Counted from the first letter of the stretch, positions 13,161-26,488 are shown. The stretch: DNA of 64,000 bases from Flaccisagitta enflata (GCA_965153355.1 OZ231126.1:434001-498000), one strand, 5' to 3'. Numbers and translations are program-made. Notes: generated by a model from the sequence alone, not told the origin.

Positions 13161-13621
13161 CACTTTTTTTTATAAGAACCAAGTTTATAAGAACGTTAGG
13201 ATTCAAATTGTCAAAAAATTAAGAACATTGCTAAGAACATTGCAAGGCTCCATTTCTTCAAAAATCTAAGAACATTAGGCTTGAATTTTAAATATTTTTT
13301 TTTTCTGGGCTTTTATTTATTTGATTGTTCATTGTAAATAAACAAACTCTGTTCAGCAAATCATGTCTAAATTCATAAAGCATGTATCTTTTTACTTACA
13401 TTGATTTTGAATAACTTAAAATGCTGCTTTGTTGTTTCATTAACATTTTCTTTCATTTTCAATTAATAACAAACTTAAACTAATTAAGAACGTTCTTAAT
13501 TGAAGGTTAAAAAGTCTATCTAAATTAAGAACAATTTAAGAACATTCAAGCTTTGAAACTGTATAAAATTTAAGAACATTGACAGCTTGCCCATAAAATG
13601 ACGTTCTTACAAAAAAAAGTG
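13161..13621. mobile_element. Tc1/mariner-type MITE
   Basis: TA-CACTTTTTTTTATAAGAAC ... GTTCTTACAAAAAAAAGTG-TA; internal taagaac repeats. Confidence 0.8.
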
Positions 13622-14264
13622 TAATCGTCATCTTCCTCTTTTTCCTTATCTTCATTTTGTCAGCACCACGATCTCAACATATTTGCATGCAGTTGTGTGA
13701 CATATGTGCATGCAGTTGTGTTTAAGTGTCCCGTTTTTTTATCTTGGGTCAATTGATTTCCTCAATAGAGATAACTGTCCTCCTTGACAATTTTTTGCAG
13801 TTACAGTGGTAGGGGCTGAGGTGAATTTTGATAATTCTAAGGATAGTGGTGAAAGGTGCGCATTAAATCCCAGTAAGGGCTCCTAAGGCTCTTATCCTTA
13901 TTCTAGTTTTTTGGATGCAATGTAATGTTGTCCTACTCTTAAATGATGAGCTGAGCCGTGAGCGGGTTAGTACACATATACGTAGCTTATAAGCAATGTT
14001 ATATAACATTTATTCACACAAAGTGTAGCAACAGAGGCAAAAAAAAAAGTAATTCGACGAGTACAGAGGTGCAATGTGAAAGAAGAAGAGAAAAAAAAAT
14101 TAAAAAAATAAAAAATAACAAAAGGAGAGAGAGAGAGAGAGAGAGAGAATGAGAGAGAGAGAGAGAGACAGCAATATTGATGCGGTTTGCCTGGTTCTCC
14201 GTCATGATGCATCATCTGATAACGCTCAGTGACTGTTTCTTTCATAAACTCAGTCTATCTGCTT

Positions 14265-14346
<82 letters not shown>

Positions 14347-16329
14347 AATTGGCAAGACAAGCGACTCTGGAACTTGATGTTGGTCCGTTGGTCCGTTGGT
14401 CTGTCAGTCTGTTGATGCTGGTCTGTCGGTCTATCTGTCCATCGATAACAAAATCAAATTGTGAGCGTTTTTCTGCTATTGAGTGCAAGACGGAAGGGGG
14501 GGGGGAAGATGTGTGTATACTGCCTTATTTTGACAGGCACAAGCGGATATGAACCTGAGCATTCTTAAGAACTCCGGGTGTGGAGTCGATCATATTTATG
14601 GCTTTATTTCTTTTTCATGCTTTTCAACCTACGAGTTTGAGCGTTTCTGCCTGTTTTTAGGTGTTTTTGAGCACAAAAACCCCAAAAATACCTGAAAAAC
14701 GCCAATTTTCAGGTCTTGATAGATATTTCTTTAAATTTTTTTTGACAAATTCTGATCTGCAAGCAAGAATTACATGCAAGTAGATGAATTTTAAAAAATT
14801 TTTAGTGAATTTTTGTCTATGATCCTCAAAAAACGCTCAAAAAGCTAAAAATTGCTATTTTGGGCGGTTATGAGTCATTTTTCAAAAAATTTTTTGCCAA
14901 ATCTGGACTTGTAAGACCAAATTACCTTGGACCAGTTCGAATTTAGCAAAAATTTTGATGTTTTTGAGGTCCTAAACCCCAAAAAACGCCCATAATTTTC
15001 AATTAAGGGGTCTAGGGGTCATTTTTCAAAAAAAATTTTGCCGGAATCAGATCCGCAATAAAATTTTGGGTGGGAATCAAGTGATTTTAGTAGCAAAAAT
15101 AAATTATTCAAGGTCCTAATGCCCCAAAAATACCTGAAAAACGCCAATTTTCACGTTATGAAGATATTTTTTCAAATTTTTTTTGACAGATTCTGATCTG
15201 CAAGAAAAAATTAGATGCAAGTAGGTGAATTATACAGGTTTTTTAGTGAACTTTTGTCTTTAATCCTCAAAAAACGCTCAAAAAAGCTAAAAATTGCTAT
15301 TTTGGGCGGTTTTGAGTCATTTTTCAAAAAAATTTTTGCCAGATCTGGACTTGTAAGACCAAATTACCTCAGACCAGTTCAAATTTGGCAAAAATTTTGA
15401 TGTTTTTGAGGTCCTAAACCCCAAAAATCACCCAAAATTTTCAATTTAGGGGTCTAGGGGTCATTTTTCAAAAAAAATTTTGCCGGTATCAGATCCGCAA
15501 TAAAATTTTGGGTGGGAATCAAGTGAATTTAGTAGCAAAAATAAATTATTCGAGGTCCTAATGCCTTCTAAACCATTTGAAAAAGTGCTAAAATGACAAT
15601 ATCTCCAAATTGGCTATTTTCAGTCAACTTTTGACACTTGATCCTGTCCCCTAGGGCTATAGAAAAACTTTTTTGGGTATTTTGGAAAAAAAAAATTTTC
15701 GACTGTGCTGGCTAGACCCTATTTTTTGGCCGTGTACTAAAACGGCAAATGCTATGCCAAAATTTCCACCACACCAGTGAATCTTATCACCAGTGACATA
15801 TTCTGACAAACAAGCGACTGAATCCGTTTAAAAAAAAATCGATATGAAACACCCCACTACCCCAGTCACCTGCGGCTGGGCAGGGGCCGTAATCAAGGTC
15901 AACATATCATTTGGGCAGGAGCAGTGAGGCCAAAGACCATAAAAACCCCAAAAAAGTAAAGTGTGACGGACCAACGGACGGACGGACCAACGGACCGACA
16001 AAGCGGGGTGTAGAGTCGCGTAGCACGCAACTTAAAAAAATTAAAGAATAATAGAAAAACTCAACTTTTACTACCTGGAGCAAAAGTCTTCGTTCACCTG
16101 GGCTAAAAACTCATTTCATCATAAACTATGGACAAGTCAATCCATATTATAGTTTACATAGTTCATCTGACATCTTGCCATGGCAACGCCTGCTTCTATG
16201 GGTCACTGTAAGGATTTGTATGACTTTAAAACGTGTTTTGTCAGGCCTTGTCACTTGACATTATGTTTGATTTTATGCCATTTCCTCAATAGCTGTTGGT
16301 TATCCCTTATGTATTCTAGACCCATAAAT

Positions 16330-19300
16330 TGAGGTGTACCAAATCGGGCCCCAGGCCAAAAAACGTCTCTGCCAAAAGTTTGGGCGCGGGGTAGGGGTAG
16401 TATAGCAAGAAAAAACCCTTGGGGGCGACCCTCGAGTCGCCCAGAGTTAAGTCGGTGACCCCAAAGTTGGCCGGAAAGGCCTCAAAATGACCAATTTCGA
16501 CCAACAACCCATTTTTTTGAAAAATTGTAAAAATCACCAAAATATGGCGACCTAATATCATATGTGGGCTCATTGGATACCAAAAACACGTAGGTAGGTA
16601 GTGGGGTGGATGGTGGGGTGGGGGTGCCCCATCGGGGGTCACCAAGGGGGGCAAAATGGGCAAAATTCAGGTCCCGATGGAGCTGGTGGTAAAAAATGAT
16701 GAAAATTCAAAATATCGATTTTGTTGGTCAAATTATGTTGTAACTTGATGATTTTAGCCAAAAAACCAAATGTAAATAGGAATTTTGGTTCAAAAATGCC
16801 AAATTACAGCTGTGGTGATTGTTGAAGATTTTGGGGTCTTGACCATACAACTTTGAAGGCTTATATTTTTTACACCGTTGGGAGAAAGTATTTTTGGCTG
16901 GTTGCATTAGAAAGAACAAAAAAAGATCTTTCAGAAGCTCACAAATTTTGTCCACTTTTCTTCATTTATGGCCCCACAGTGATCTCGCAAAGTACAGTGA
17001 AAATTGTTTTTTTTTTTTTGGATGCTTGACCAATCCCACTTTTTCAAGCTGTATCTGTAAAGTGAATAGATCTAGATAAACGCAACTGGTTACATTAGAA
17101 AAATAATCAAATACTATTCAGAAGAACATGAGATTTGACCATTTTCATAAAGAATGGGTGCTACAGTGGTATCTCAAAGTTCAGTAAATATGATATTTTT
17201 GAGTGTTTGATCCATTTAACTTAAACGCTCTTTTTTTTGTTTTTTTTTAGGGTTAGGAGAAAGTATTTTTGACCTTTCTCATTTGAAAGAGCATAAAAAA
17301 GCTTCCATAAAATGATTACTTTTGTCTAGTTTCCATCAGGAATGGCCTCAAAGTGATCTCTCCGAGTACAGTGAAAACCGTGTTTTCAGGTCATTGACCA
17401 ATTCTACTTAGTCCAGCTGTAAACAAGGCCGGATACACGGCTACCTAAGTCGCATGCGGGTGGGCAGAGGCCATATTTGAGGTCGCTTCATCATTTGGGT
17501 AAGAGCAGTGAGGCCAAAGACTACAAAAAAAACAAAAAAGTGAAGTGTGACTGACCGATGGACGGACCGATGGATGGACGCACCGACGGATGGACCAACG
17601 GATGGACAGACTGACAAAGCGGGTTGTAGAAACGTGTAGCCATGAGAAGACGCGATTGGTAGAAAAGGTTCGCATCGGAGAAAATATTTTTTGAAAACAC
17701 AATAAAGTCTCCTCTATCATATATGAATGAAGCTCGCAGACGGAAAAACATTTAGACACTTGCCTGTAGGTTCAAAGTAAGGAGATTTTTTGGTATTTTC
17801 TTACGATTGCATATCTTGTTTTTTATCCCTTTTTTATCAATTCCTGATCGCCCCTAGTGTGTTTTATCATATTTCTGCCTATGTATACATATCAACTGCT
17901 TGTAACAGAGTAAACACCAGTGACGATATGCATGTTAAACTCGTTTTAAAGTGAAAATTCATCGTTTTCAAACGATTAAATTAATGAATTGAAAAGGTTA
18001 TGTGTCCGTTAACTAATTCAACCCTGATTTGTAAAATTTTAGAATTAAGAAAACAACAAGGCTGGATACCCTGCTTCCTCAGTCACGTGCGGGTGGGCAG
18101 GGGTTGTTTAGGTAACTTAATCATTTGGGCAAGAGCAGTGAGGCCAAAAAATGCAAAACCCCCAAAAAAGTAAAGTGTGATGGACCGACGGACAAACCAA
18201 CCAACAAAGTGGGTTGTAGAGTTGCGTAGCACGCGACTTAAAATTATAATGGCAGTAAAAAACCTCGCTTGGTTAAGACAGAGTGCCTATGAAGCCAACA
18301 CTTAGGGTATCAACATGGAAAAAACGTAAGAGTGAAAAAAGAAAAAAGAGTGAATAAAAGTGATAGAGATTAAACATACATGATATTTGAAAGTAAAATT
18401 TGCATCCACTCAGCAAGAAACTCAGATTTGGGCAATATCACGGAAGATGTTATACTGAAGATTTTAATAAATTTCTTTTTTGTCCACTGACAGGGGGCTG
18501 GTTGAAATTATAAGTTTGCATAGAAAATGAAAAAATGAAAAAATGAAAAACATAGTTCTCTTCCAAATTTGCTTACAAAAGAACTATGTTTTTGAAAATG
18601 CAAAAAATCCCCGCATTTAGCTAGCTGTCTTATAATTTCGACCACAGGAAAACAACTTTTCTAAGTTTTTCATTCATAGTGGTTTGGTTTGAGTGATATA
18701 GCTTTCTCAGTGGTATGATTGCCTGTGAGTGAATTGTTTTACTTAGTCACTATCAACGATCACTGTTAAGCTGCCACAATGTTTTGGTAACAGTTTTTTA
18801 TGTTTTTTACACTCAAGATACTACTTTTTTCTGATTATTCCCTCATCATGCAAATTTCTTTTTGTCACTCATGGTACTTAGGTGTAGACCTGTCCCCTGA
18901 TCATAATAATGAAAATCCAGTCCCAGCATTGCTTTGATATCCTATTGGGAACCCTGATAAAGAATGTAAACAGCTTGGGTAGCAACAAAATTGTATTGGC
19001 TGTCAGAAAAATGTTATGATATGAGAAGTCGTGGGGAAAATTGTTGATGGATTTCCGCGCAAAGCCACCATTTTGCTGTTTTTTTGTATAAATCGTGTAT
19101 CAAATCACCCTTTTGAGTATATGTTGAGCTGTATGTTAACTTGTTATGTGTAGACAGTGACTAATTGACCAAAGAAAACGTTAGTGAGGGGATATATGAC
19201 GCCATATTGAACATAAAGTAGGCTGAAGCTTTTGCTGTTTTTCTGGAAGACTTGCTGTCTTAAGTAGATCGGAAACATCCTCTTCCAGTCGACGCTGAGA

Positions 19301-20956
19301 TTTTGCTGTGGCAGTTGGCTGTTTTGCCAAAACTTTTTCTACAACGATTCCTGTAGCCTGTGACAGTGTGACAATTCCGTGCCTACACTGAGCAAAAAAA
19401 GAAAAAAACCGCAAAACCTGCCTATTTGAGGGAACCTTAGGGCCCTTCATTTCCTTTAAGGGAGAAAGGTCCCCGAGCTCATCAATCAACGGGGTATCAC
19501 AATTTCTTATGAAGTTTTTGGGAGTGGGTTTTTCATCCTCCATTTATAGTCGCGAAACAAATAGGAACAGGTGATATTCTATGCATCTTAAACTTCTCAT
19601 TAAAATGACAGCCCCTCATGTATGACAAGTTGCAAGTGCATTAAAGTTGCTACACTTACTCCAGGCGCATTTTTAAAACTTTTTAGTTGCGTGCTACAAC
19701 CCGCTTTGTCGGTCTGTCTGTCGGTCCATCTGTTCGTCGGTCCGTCCATCTGTTGGTCCGTCCGTTGGTCTGTCACACTTTACTTTTTTGGTTTTTTTTT
19801 GCCAAATGATGAAGCGACCTCAAATATGGCCCCTGCATGCGACTTAGGTAACCGTGTATCCGGCCTTGTTTACAGCTGGACTAAGTAGAATTGGTCAATG
19901 ACCTGAAAACACGATTTTCACTGTACTTGGAGAGATCACTTTGAGGCCATTTCTGATGGAAACTAGACAAGATTAATCATTTTCTGAAAGCTTTTTTATG
20001 CTCTTTCAAATGAGAAAGGTCAAAAATATTTTCTTCTAACCCTAAAAAAACAAAAAAAAAGTGTTTAAGTTAAATGGATCAAACACTCGAAAATCTCATT
20101 TTTACTGTACTTTGAGATACCACTGTAGCACCCATCCTTTATGAAAATGGTCAAATCTCATGTTCTTCTGAATAGTATTTGATTTTTTTTCTAATGTGAA
20201 CAGTTGCGTTTATCTAGATCTATTCACTTTACAGATACAGCTTGAAAAAGTGGGATTGGTCAAGCATCCAAAAAAAAAACGATTTTCACTGTACTTTGCG
20301 AGATCACTGTAGGGCCATTAATGAAGAAAAGTGGACAAAATTTGTGAGCTTCTGAAAGATCTTTTTTTGTTCTTTCTAATGCAACCAGCCAAAAATACTT
20401 TCTCCCAACGGTGTAAAAAATATAAGCCTTCAAAGTTGAATGGTCAAGACCCCAAAATCTTCAACAACCACCACAGCTGTAATTTGGCATTTTTGAACCA
20501 AAATTCCTATTTACATTTGGTTTTTTGGCTAAAATCATCAAGTTACAACATAATTTGACCAAAAAAATTGATATTTTGAATTTTCATCATTTTTTACCAC
20601 CAGCTCCATCGGGACCTGAATTTTGCCTATTTTGCCCCCCTTGGTGACCCCCCATGGGGCACCCCCACCCCACCACCCACCCCACTACCTACCTACGTGT
20701 TTTTGGTATCCAATGAGCCCACATATGATGTTAGGTCGCCATATTTTGGTGATTTTTACAATTTTTCAAAAAAATGGGTTGTTGGTCGAAATTGGTCATT
20801 TTGAGGCCTTTCCGGCCAACTTTGGGGTCACCGACTTAACTCTGGGCGACTCGAGGGTCGCCCCCAAGGGTTTTTTCTTGCTATACTACCCCTACCCCGC
20901 GCCCAAACTTTTGGCAGAGACGTTTTTTGGCCTGGGGCCCGATTTGGTACACCTCA
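16330..20956. mobile_element. Foldback/Mutator-like DNA transposon 2 (4.6 kb) with ~1.3-kb TIRs
   Basis: TGAGGTGTACCAAATCGGGCCCC...GGGGCCCGATTTGGTACACCTCA; TSD CCCATAAAT (16321-16329, 20957-20965; can also be read as 11-bp ACCCATAAATT). Mirror ORFs 16316-16663/20623-20988 and 16728-16955/20331-20558 reflect the TIRs. Confidence 0.9.
19181..19543 (-). pseudogene. Transposase N-terminus-like ORF fragment inside element 2
   Basis: 120-aa non-repetitive ORF between the TIRs; 'GPKVPSNRQVLRFF' resembles from memory the G.kLPs.rqVL motif of some invertebrate DNA-transposon proteins; no DDE core seen. Confidence 0.4.
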
Positions 20957-22152
20957 CCCATAAATTCTTTAGGGGCAAAAAAATCTAGGTAAATTGACAT
21001 AGTAGCCCTTGATTTTTAGTCGCGTGCTACACGACTCTACACCCCGCTTTGTCGGTCCGTCCGTCCGTCGGTCCGTCCGTCGGTCCGTCCGTCGGTCCGT
21101 CCGTCGGTCCGTCCGTCGGTCCGTCCGTCCGTCACACTTTACTTTTTTGTTTTTTTTGGGATTTTTGGCTTCACTGCTCCTGCCCAAATGATCTGGTGAC
21201 CTCAATTATGGCCCCTGCCCACCCGCACGCGACTGGGGTAGCCGTGTATCCGGCCTTGTTTTTTCAGCCCCCCGCGTTTGTTCAGTCAATTTTGTCATGT
21301 CCAGACAAGCAAGTATGTAGCAAGACAGATGACGCCAAAAAAATCCTTAATTCATTTCCCAATTTTGAAAAATGACAAGCATTCTTTAAATTGCTCTCAT
21401 TTCTATACGCTTTGAGCTGCTGAGATGGGGTTAGACTCCAATGAAAATTTTTTGAGGCTGTTTCCAGATCTCATCAATTTTCCTTATTTATCTTTGACCA
21501 ATATAGGATTATTCATGTTTGTAGGTGAACGGAGACTTATGCTCAAGGTAGTACAGATAAGATATCTGGGTATTGAAGAAATTCATTTTTATTCAAAAAG
21601 GGAACTATTGATTTTTTATAAAATCTTCAGAAAACATTCCTTTTTTTAATCCCTTGCTTATTATGAATATGCAAACGATAATCTGTCAGATTTTTTTCAG
21701 AATTGAATTCATTAGATATTTGAAAGAAAAAAAATCTTGTTGTAATACGCTGTAAACAAAAAGAAATAAATACCAACGTTCTACTAAATGGGCTTTTGGT
21801 AAAGGAAGAAGGGGGCAGCAGAGGTGGAAAAGCCGAGAGAAAGAGATAGTAGGGGCCACAAAGGGGGCTAGGGGGCCCCGCGGTAGTAGTCAAGCCTAGG
21901 GCCCCGCGGAGGGTAAGTACGGCTTAGCCGCCCGGTCTCTTCCCATATACCTCGAAGCATCTCATTTCATTCAAGTTATAATTCACGCATGCACGCGACT
22001 GAAAACGAACCAATTGTAAATATTCATGAAAAACAATTCTTTTATTACACTCACACAAAGTGTAAATCAAAGAGCCGGAGCGGCTAGCAGACGACTAAAA
22101 CAATTACAAGTGAAACAATAATCTTAACGAGAGCGCCAGGATGACAACAAAT

Positions 22153-22209
22153 TCAGTTTTCAGGTTGTAGTTGGACTTCGATGGGATAATGGTCGCTGAC
22201 CCGCAAAGT
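22153..22209 (-). CDS. DNase I-family endonuclease, exon 10 (last)
   Basis: TTGCAG|TLRVSDHYPIEVQLQPEN*; SDHYP motif (catalytic His252 equivalent); AATAAA downstream at 22041-22046 (minus strand). Confidence 0.9.
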   Translation of the reverse strand, partial: TLRVSDHYPIEVQLQPEN

Positions 22210-22974
22210 CTGCAATGAAAAAACAAAAAGGTTCGTAGCCAATTTAGTACACGTGAAACTGTCATTAGGTTGGCAGCAAGCGTCATTAAACGATAGTCAC
22301 TGTATAAAGGAATAACTATCGCACCTATTTATTGGGCCTAATGTCCTTGACCTGAAGTCGTCCGTTTACCCCAAATATTTCATTTTCAGGGCCGGACAAA
22401 ATGTATTTGTATTCATTTCTTCTAGCCTATTCCCTGTTCCCTAGATCAAAATTAGTGCAAAATTACCGCCAATGAAAAACCGGTATTGATTAACCAGATA
22501 AAAGAAATTGGACGACCTGCGCGCTTGGAGACGAATCACTTAAAGAGTAGCGAAGAGCTCATTTGCATAATGCTGTTTTATATTGCTCTAGTCGTGCCAC
22601 AGTTTCAATATCTATAGCGAGAGATTTTTAGTCGCGGACTCGCGACTCTAGACTTTGCTGTGTCGGTCGGTCTGTCGGTTGGCCCGTCGGTTGGTCCGTC
22701 GGTAACCGTTTTTTCTCTATTCCGCTCCTATCCATCCGTCCAAGACTGAGGGGGAGAGTATACAGCCTTGTTTAGTCTATGGGGAATCTTTTTCATTTCA
22801 GAAATCATTAGTTTAGGCTCCAAATATCAGTCCTATGTGTCAATTTGTCTCCCTGATATGAATCCCCGTATTTCCAAGTCTGGACATCTACTGTATGGCT
22901 TTTGGCGCATAGAGAACGCAAATGGTTGAGTGAAGGGTATAAGGAATGACTTACATACTCAACATGAATATTTC

Positions 22975-25150
22975 GATGCAACATACCAAACCTGATTGTT
23001 ACTATGCAACTGAGATACATTGTTGCAACTTACCAAATCTGAATGTTACTGTGCAACTGATTTACATTGTTGCAACATATCAAACCTGAATGTTACTATG
23101 CAACTGATATTCACCGTTGCAACTTACCAAACCTGAATGTTACTATACAACTGATATTCACCATTGCAAGTTACCAAACCTGAATGTTACTATGCAACTG
23201 ATATTCACCATTGCAACTTACCAAACCTGAATGTTACTATACAACTGATATCCATAGTTGCAACATACCAAACCTGAATGTTACTATGCAACTGATATTC
23301 ACCATTGCAAGTTACCAAACCTGAATGTTACTATGCAACTGATATACATTGTTGCAACTTACCAAGTCTGAATGTTACTATGCAACTGATATACATTGTT
23401 GCAACATACCAAACCTGAATGTTACTGTGCAACTGATATACATTGTTGCAAGTTACCAAACCTGAATGTTACTATGCAACTGATATACATTGTTGCAACT
23501 TACCAAATCTGAATGTTACTATGCAACTGATATTCACCATTGCAACTTACCAAACCTGAATGTTACTATGCAACTGATATACATCGTTGCAACATACCAA
23601 ACCTGAATGTTACTATACAACTGATATTCACCATTGCAAGTTACCAAATCTGATTGTTACTATGCAACTGATATACATTGTTGCAACTTACCAAGTCTGA
23701 ATGTTACTATGCAACTGATATTCACCATTGCAAGTTACCAAATCTGATTGTTACTATGCAACTGATATACATAGTTGCAACATACCAAACCTGATACTGA
23801 TACTGATACTGATATTCACCATTGCAAGTTACCAAATCTGATTGTTACTATGCAACTGATATACATAGTTGCAACATACCAAACCTGAATGTTACTATGC
23901 AACTGATATTCACCATTGCAAGTTACCAAACCTGAATGTTACTATGCAACTGATATACATTGTTGCAACTTACCAAGTCTGAATGTTACTATGCAACTGA
24001 TATACATTGTTGCAACATACCAAACCTGAATGTTACTATGCAACTGATATACATTGTTGCAAGTTACCAAACCTGAATGTTACTATGCAACTGATATACA
24101 TTGTTGCAACATACCAAATCTGAATGTTACTATACAACTGATATATATTGTTGCAACATACCAAACCTGAATGTTACTATGCAACTGATATACATTGTTG
24201 CAAGTTACCAAACCTGAATGTTACTATGCAACTGATATACATTGTTGCAACTTACCAAATCTGAATGTTACTATGCAACTGATATTCACCATTGCAACTT
24301 ACCAAACCTGAATGTTACTATGCAACTGATATACATTGTTGCAACATACCAAATCTGAATGTTACTATGCAACTGATATTCACCATTGCAAGTTACCAAA
24401 CCTGAATGTTACTATACAACTGATATTCACCATTGCAAGTTACCAAACCTGAATGTTACTATGCAACTGATATTCACCATTGCAAGTTACCAAACCTGAA
24501 TGTTACTATGCAACTGATATACATTGTTGCAACATACCAAACCTGAATGTTACTTTACAACTGATATTCACCATTGCAAGTTACCAAATCTGAATGTTAC
24601 TATACAACTGATATTCACCATTGCAAGTTACCAAACCTGAATGTTACAATGCAACTGATATACATTGTTGCAACATACCAAACCTGAATATTACTATGCA
24701 ACTGATATACATTGTTGCAACATACCAAACCTGAATGTTACTATGCAACTGATATTCACCATTGCAAGTTACCAAACGTGAATGTTACTATGCAACTGAT
24801 ATTCACCATTGCAAGTTACCAAACCTGAATGTTACTATACAACTGATATTCACCATTGCAAGTTACCAAACCTGAATGTTACTATACAACTGATATTTAC
24901 CATTGCAAGTTACCAAACCTGAATGTTACTATGTAACTGATATTTACCGTTGCAAGTTACCAAACCTGAATGTTACTATGTAACTGATATTTACCATTGC
25001 AAGTTACCGAACCTGAATGTTACTATGTAACTGATATTTACCATTGCAAGTTACCAAACCTGAATGTTACTATGTAACTGATATTTACCATTGCAAGTTA
25101 CCAAACCTGAATGTTACTATACAACTGACATACATCTTTGCAACTTACCA
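22975..25150. repeat. 47-bp minisatellite, about 46 units, in DNase intron 9
   Basis: Unit accaaacctgaatgttactatgcaactgatatacattgttgcaac(a/t)t; period measured 23881->23928; internal TGCAAC...GTTGCA hairpin. Confidence 0.95.
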
Positions 25151-25251
25151 ATTCGTCGTCAAGACCAAAGAAGTTCTGGAAATCGAATACTTGAGCTGAT
25201 TCTTTGATTATTCCGCCATTTTCAAATCGACCGCGTTTGGAAATGATGAAT
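25149..25251 (-). CDS. DNase I-family, exon 9
   Basis: CAG|(R)FIISKRGRFENGGIIKESAQVFDFQNFFGLDDEL|GTAAGT; aligns to DNase I 'IVVAG...SALPFNFQAAYGLSDQL'. Confidence 0.9.
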
Positions 25252-25572
25252 CTGATATAATAAGTTATTGATTAGTTGATTCATCATTCGAACAATTCAT
25301 CCCCCCCCCCACTCCTGTACCCCCCCCCCCCCCCCGATGTGCCCGACCCACATGGTAATCCCACACGTGGTTTTGATCTAATGCATCTATTAGTCTATTG
25401 GACTAATAGTCTATAAGTCTATTAGTCAATCAGTTTATTAGTCTCGCCATATTGTCTATCTGACTCAATGCATTAACGCGTCTGTCCGTCCGCGAATAAG
25501 GTAGCCAGGTATCCGGCCGTGTTTAAGAGACGGAAATAAATCGCTTAAAATATCTAATGGAATAGTTCTTAG

Positions 25573-25798
25573 GGGGCGTTTTGAATGGGCCACTCGGTCA
25601 CTCGCTATGTTCGTTCGCTTACACCGCTCACTCGGCTCACTCGCTCCGCAGCACTCCGCTTCACTACGCTCCGTTCAAGGGCTCGCTCACTCACTTCGCT
25701 CACTCCCTTGTGGGACAGTTGAAATTCATGAATATGTGTTCACGCTGCGAAAGCGTTCAATGGGAACAAAGGCATTATTCATCTTCACTAGAAACACA
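25573..25798. mobile_element. MITE (cgct-rich) in DNase intron 8
   Basis: gggcgttt...actagaaacac ends; second, inverted copy at 28769-29014. Confidence 0.65.
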
Positions 25799-25805
25799 AC
25801 CTTAC

Positions 25806-25874
25806 CTGTCATAAGCGCAGTTACTTCTGCCTGTTGTTGTGTCAGCATTATCAGGAATCAGCCAGTTCCAATAC
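25806..25874 (-). CDS. DNase I-family, exon 8
   Basis: TAG|(R)YWNWLIPDNADTTTGRSNCAYD(R)|GTAAG; WLIPD.ADTT...CAYDR motif (Asp212 equivalent). Confidence 0.93.
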
Positions 25875-26074
25875 CTAATTGAAATGAGATATTGCATCGT
25901 TACTAAACTGTTTCAATACCTAATTGAAATGAGATATTGCATCGTTACTAAATTGTTTTATGCTTGGCTTTTCAAACATTTTCCAATTGTGAAGAAGCCC
26001 AAGGGATTAAACAAATTTTCTTTGCCCATGAGCACATCAATTTGTAACTTTCGATATTTAGTATCTAAATTTAC

Positions 26075-26144
26075 CGTTCATTACGAAGTCTGATATCAGG
26101 CCAATACTTTTTCGGCATATAAGCACCGTCCGCGTTCAAGTCAC
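26075..26144 (-). CDS. DNase I-family, exon 7
   Basis: TAG|(G)DLNADGAYMPKKYWPDIRLRNE(R)|GTAAAT; GDxNA motif (Asp168/Asn170). Confidence 0.92.
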
Positions 26145-26280
26145 CTAAGAGTTCAAATAATTGTTGACCGGAAAATTTAGTATCCACAAGGCACCATCAC
26201 CAATCACCAATCACCAATCACAAAACACCAATCACCACCAACAATCACATTCGTCTTTTACAGATTTTTTTACCACCTCA

Positions 26281-26285
26281 CCATT

Positions 26286-26356
<71 letters not shown>

Positions 26357-26416
26357 AATCATCATCCTCATCATCATCATCATCATCGTCATCATTATCA
26401 TCATCATCTTTTTCAT

Positions 26417-26488
<72 letters not shown>

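Noticed and set aside
16316..20988. Duplicated inverted gene pairs (MPILPP..., MDKICE...)
   Set aside because: They are chance ORFs in the two TIR arms.
22975..25150. CRISPR-like array (regular units with internal palindrome)
   Set aside because: No unique spacers, only a few recurring variants of one 47-mer; no cas genes; lies in a spliceosomal intron.
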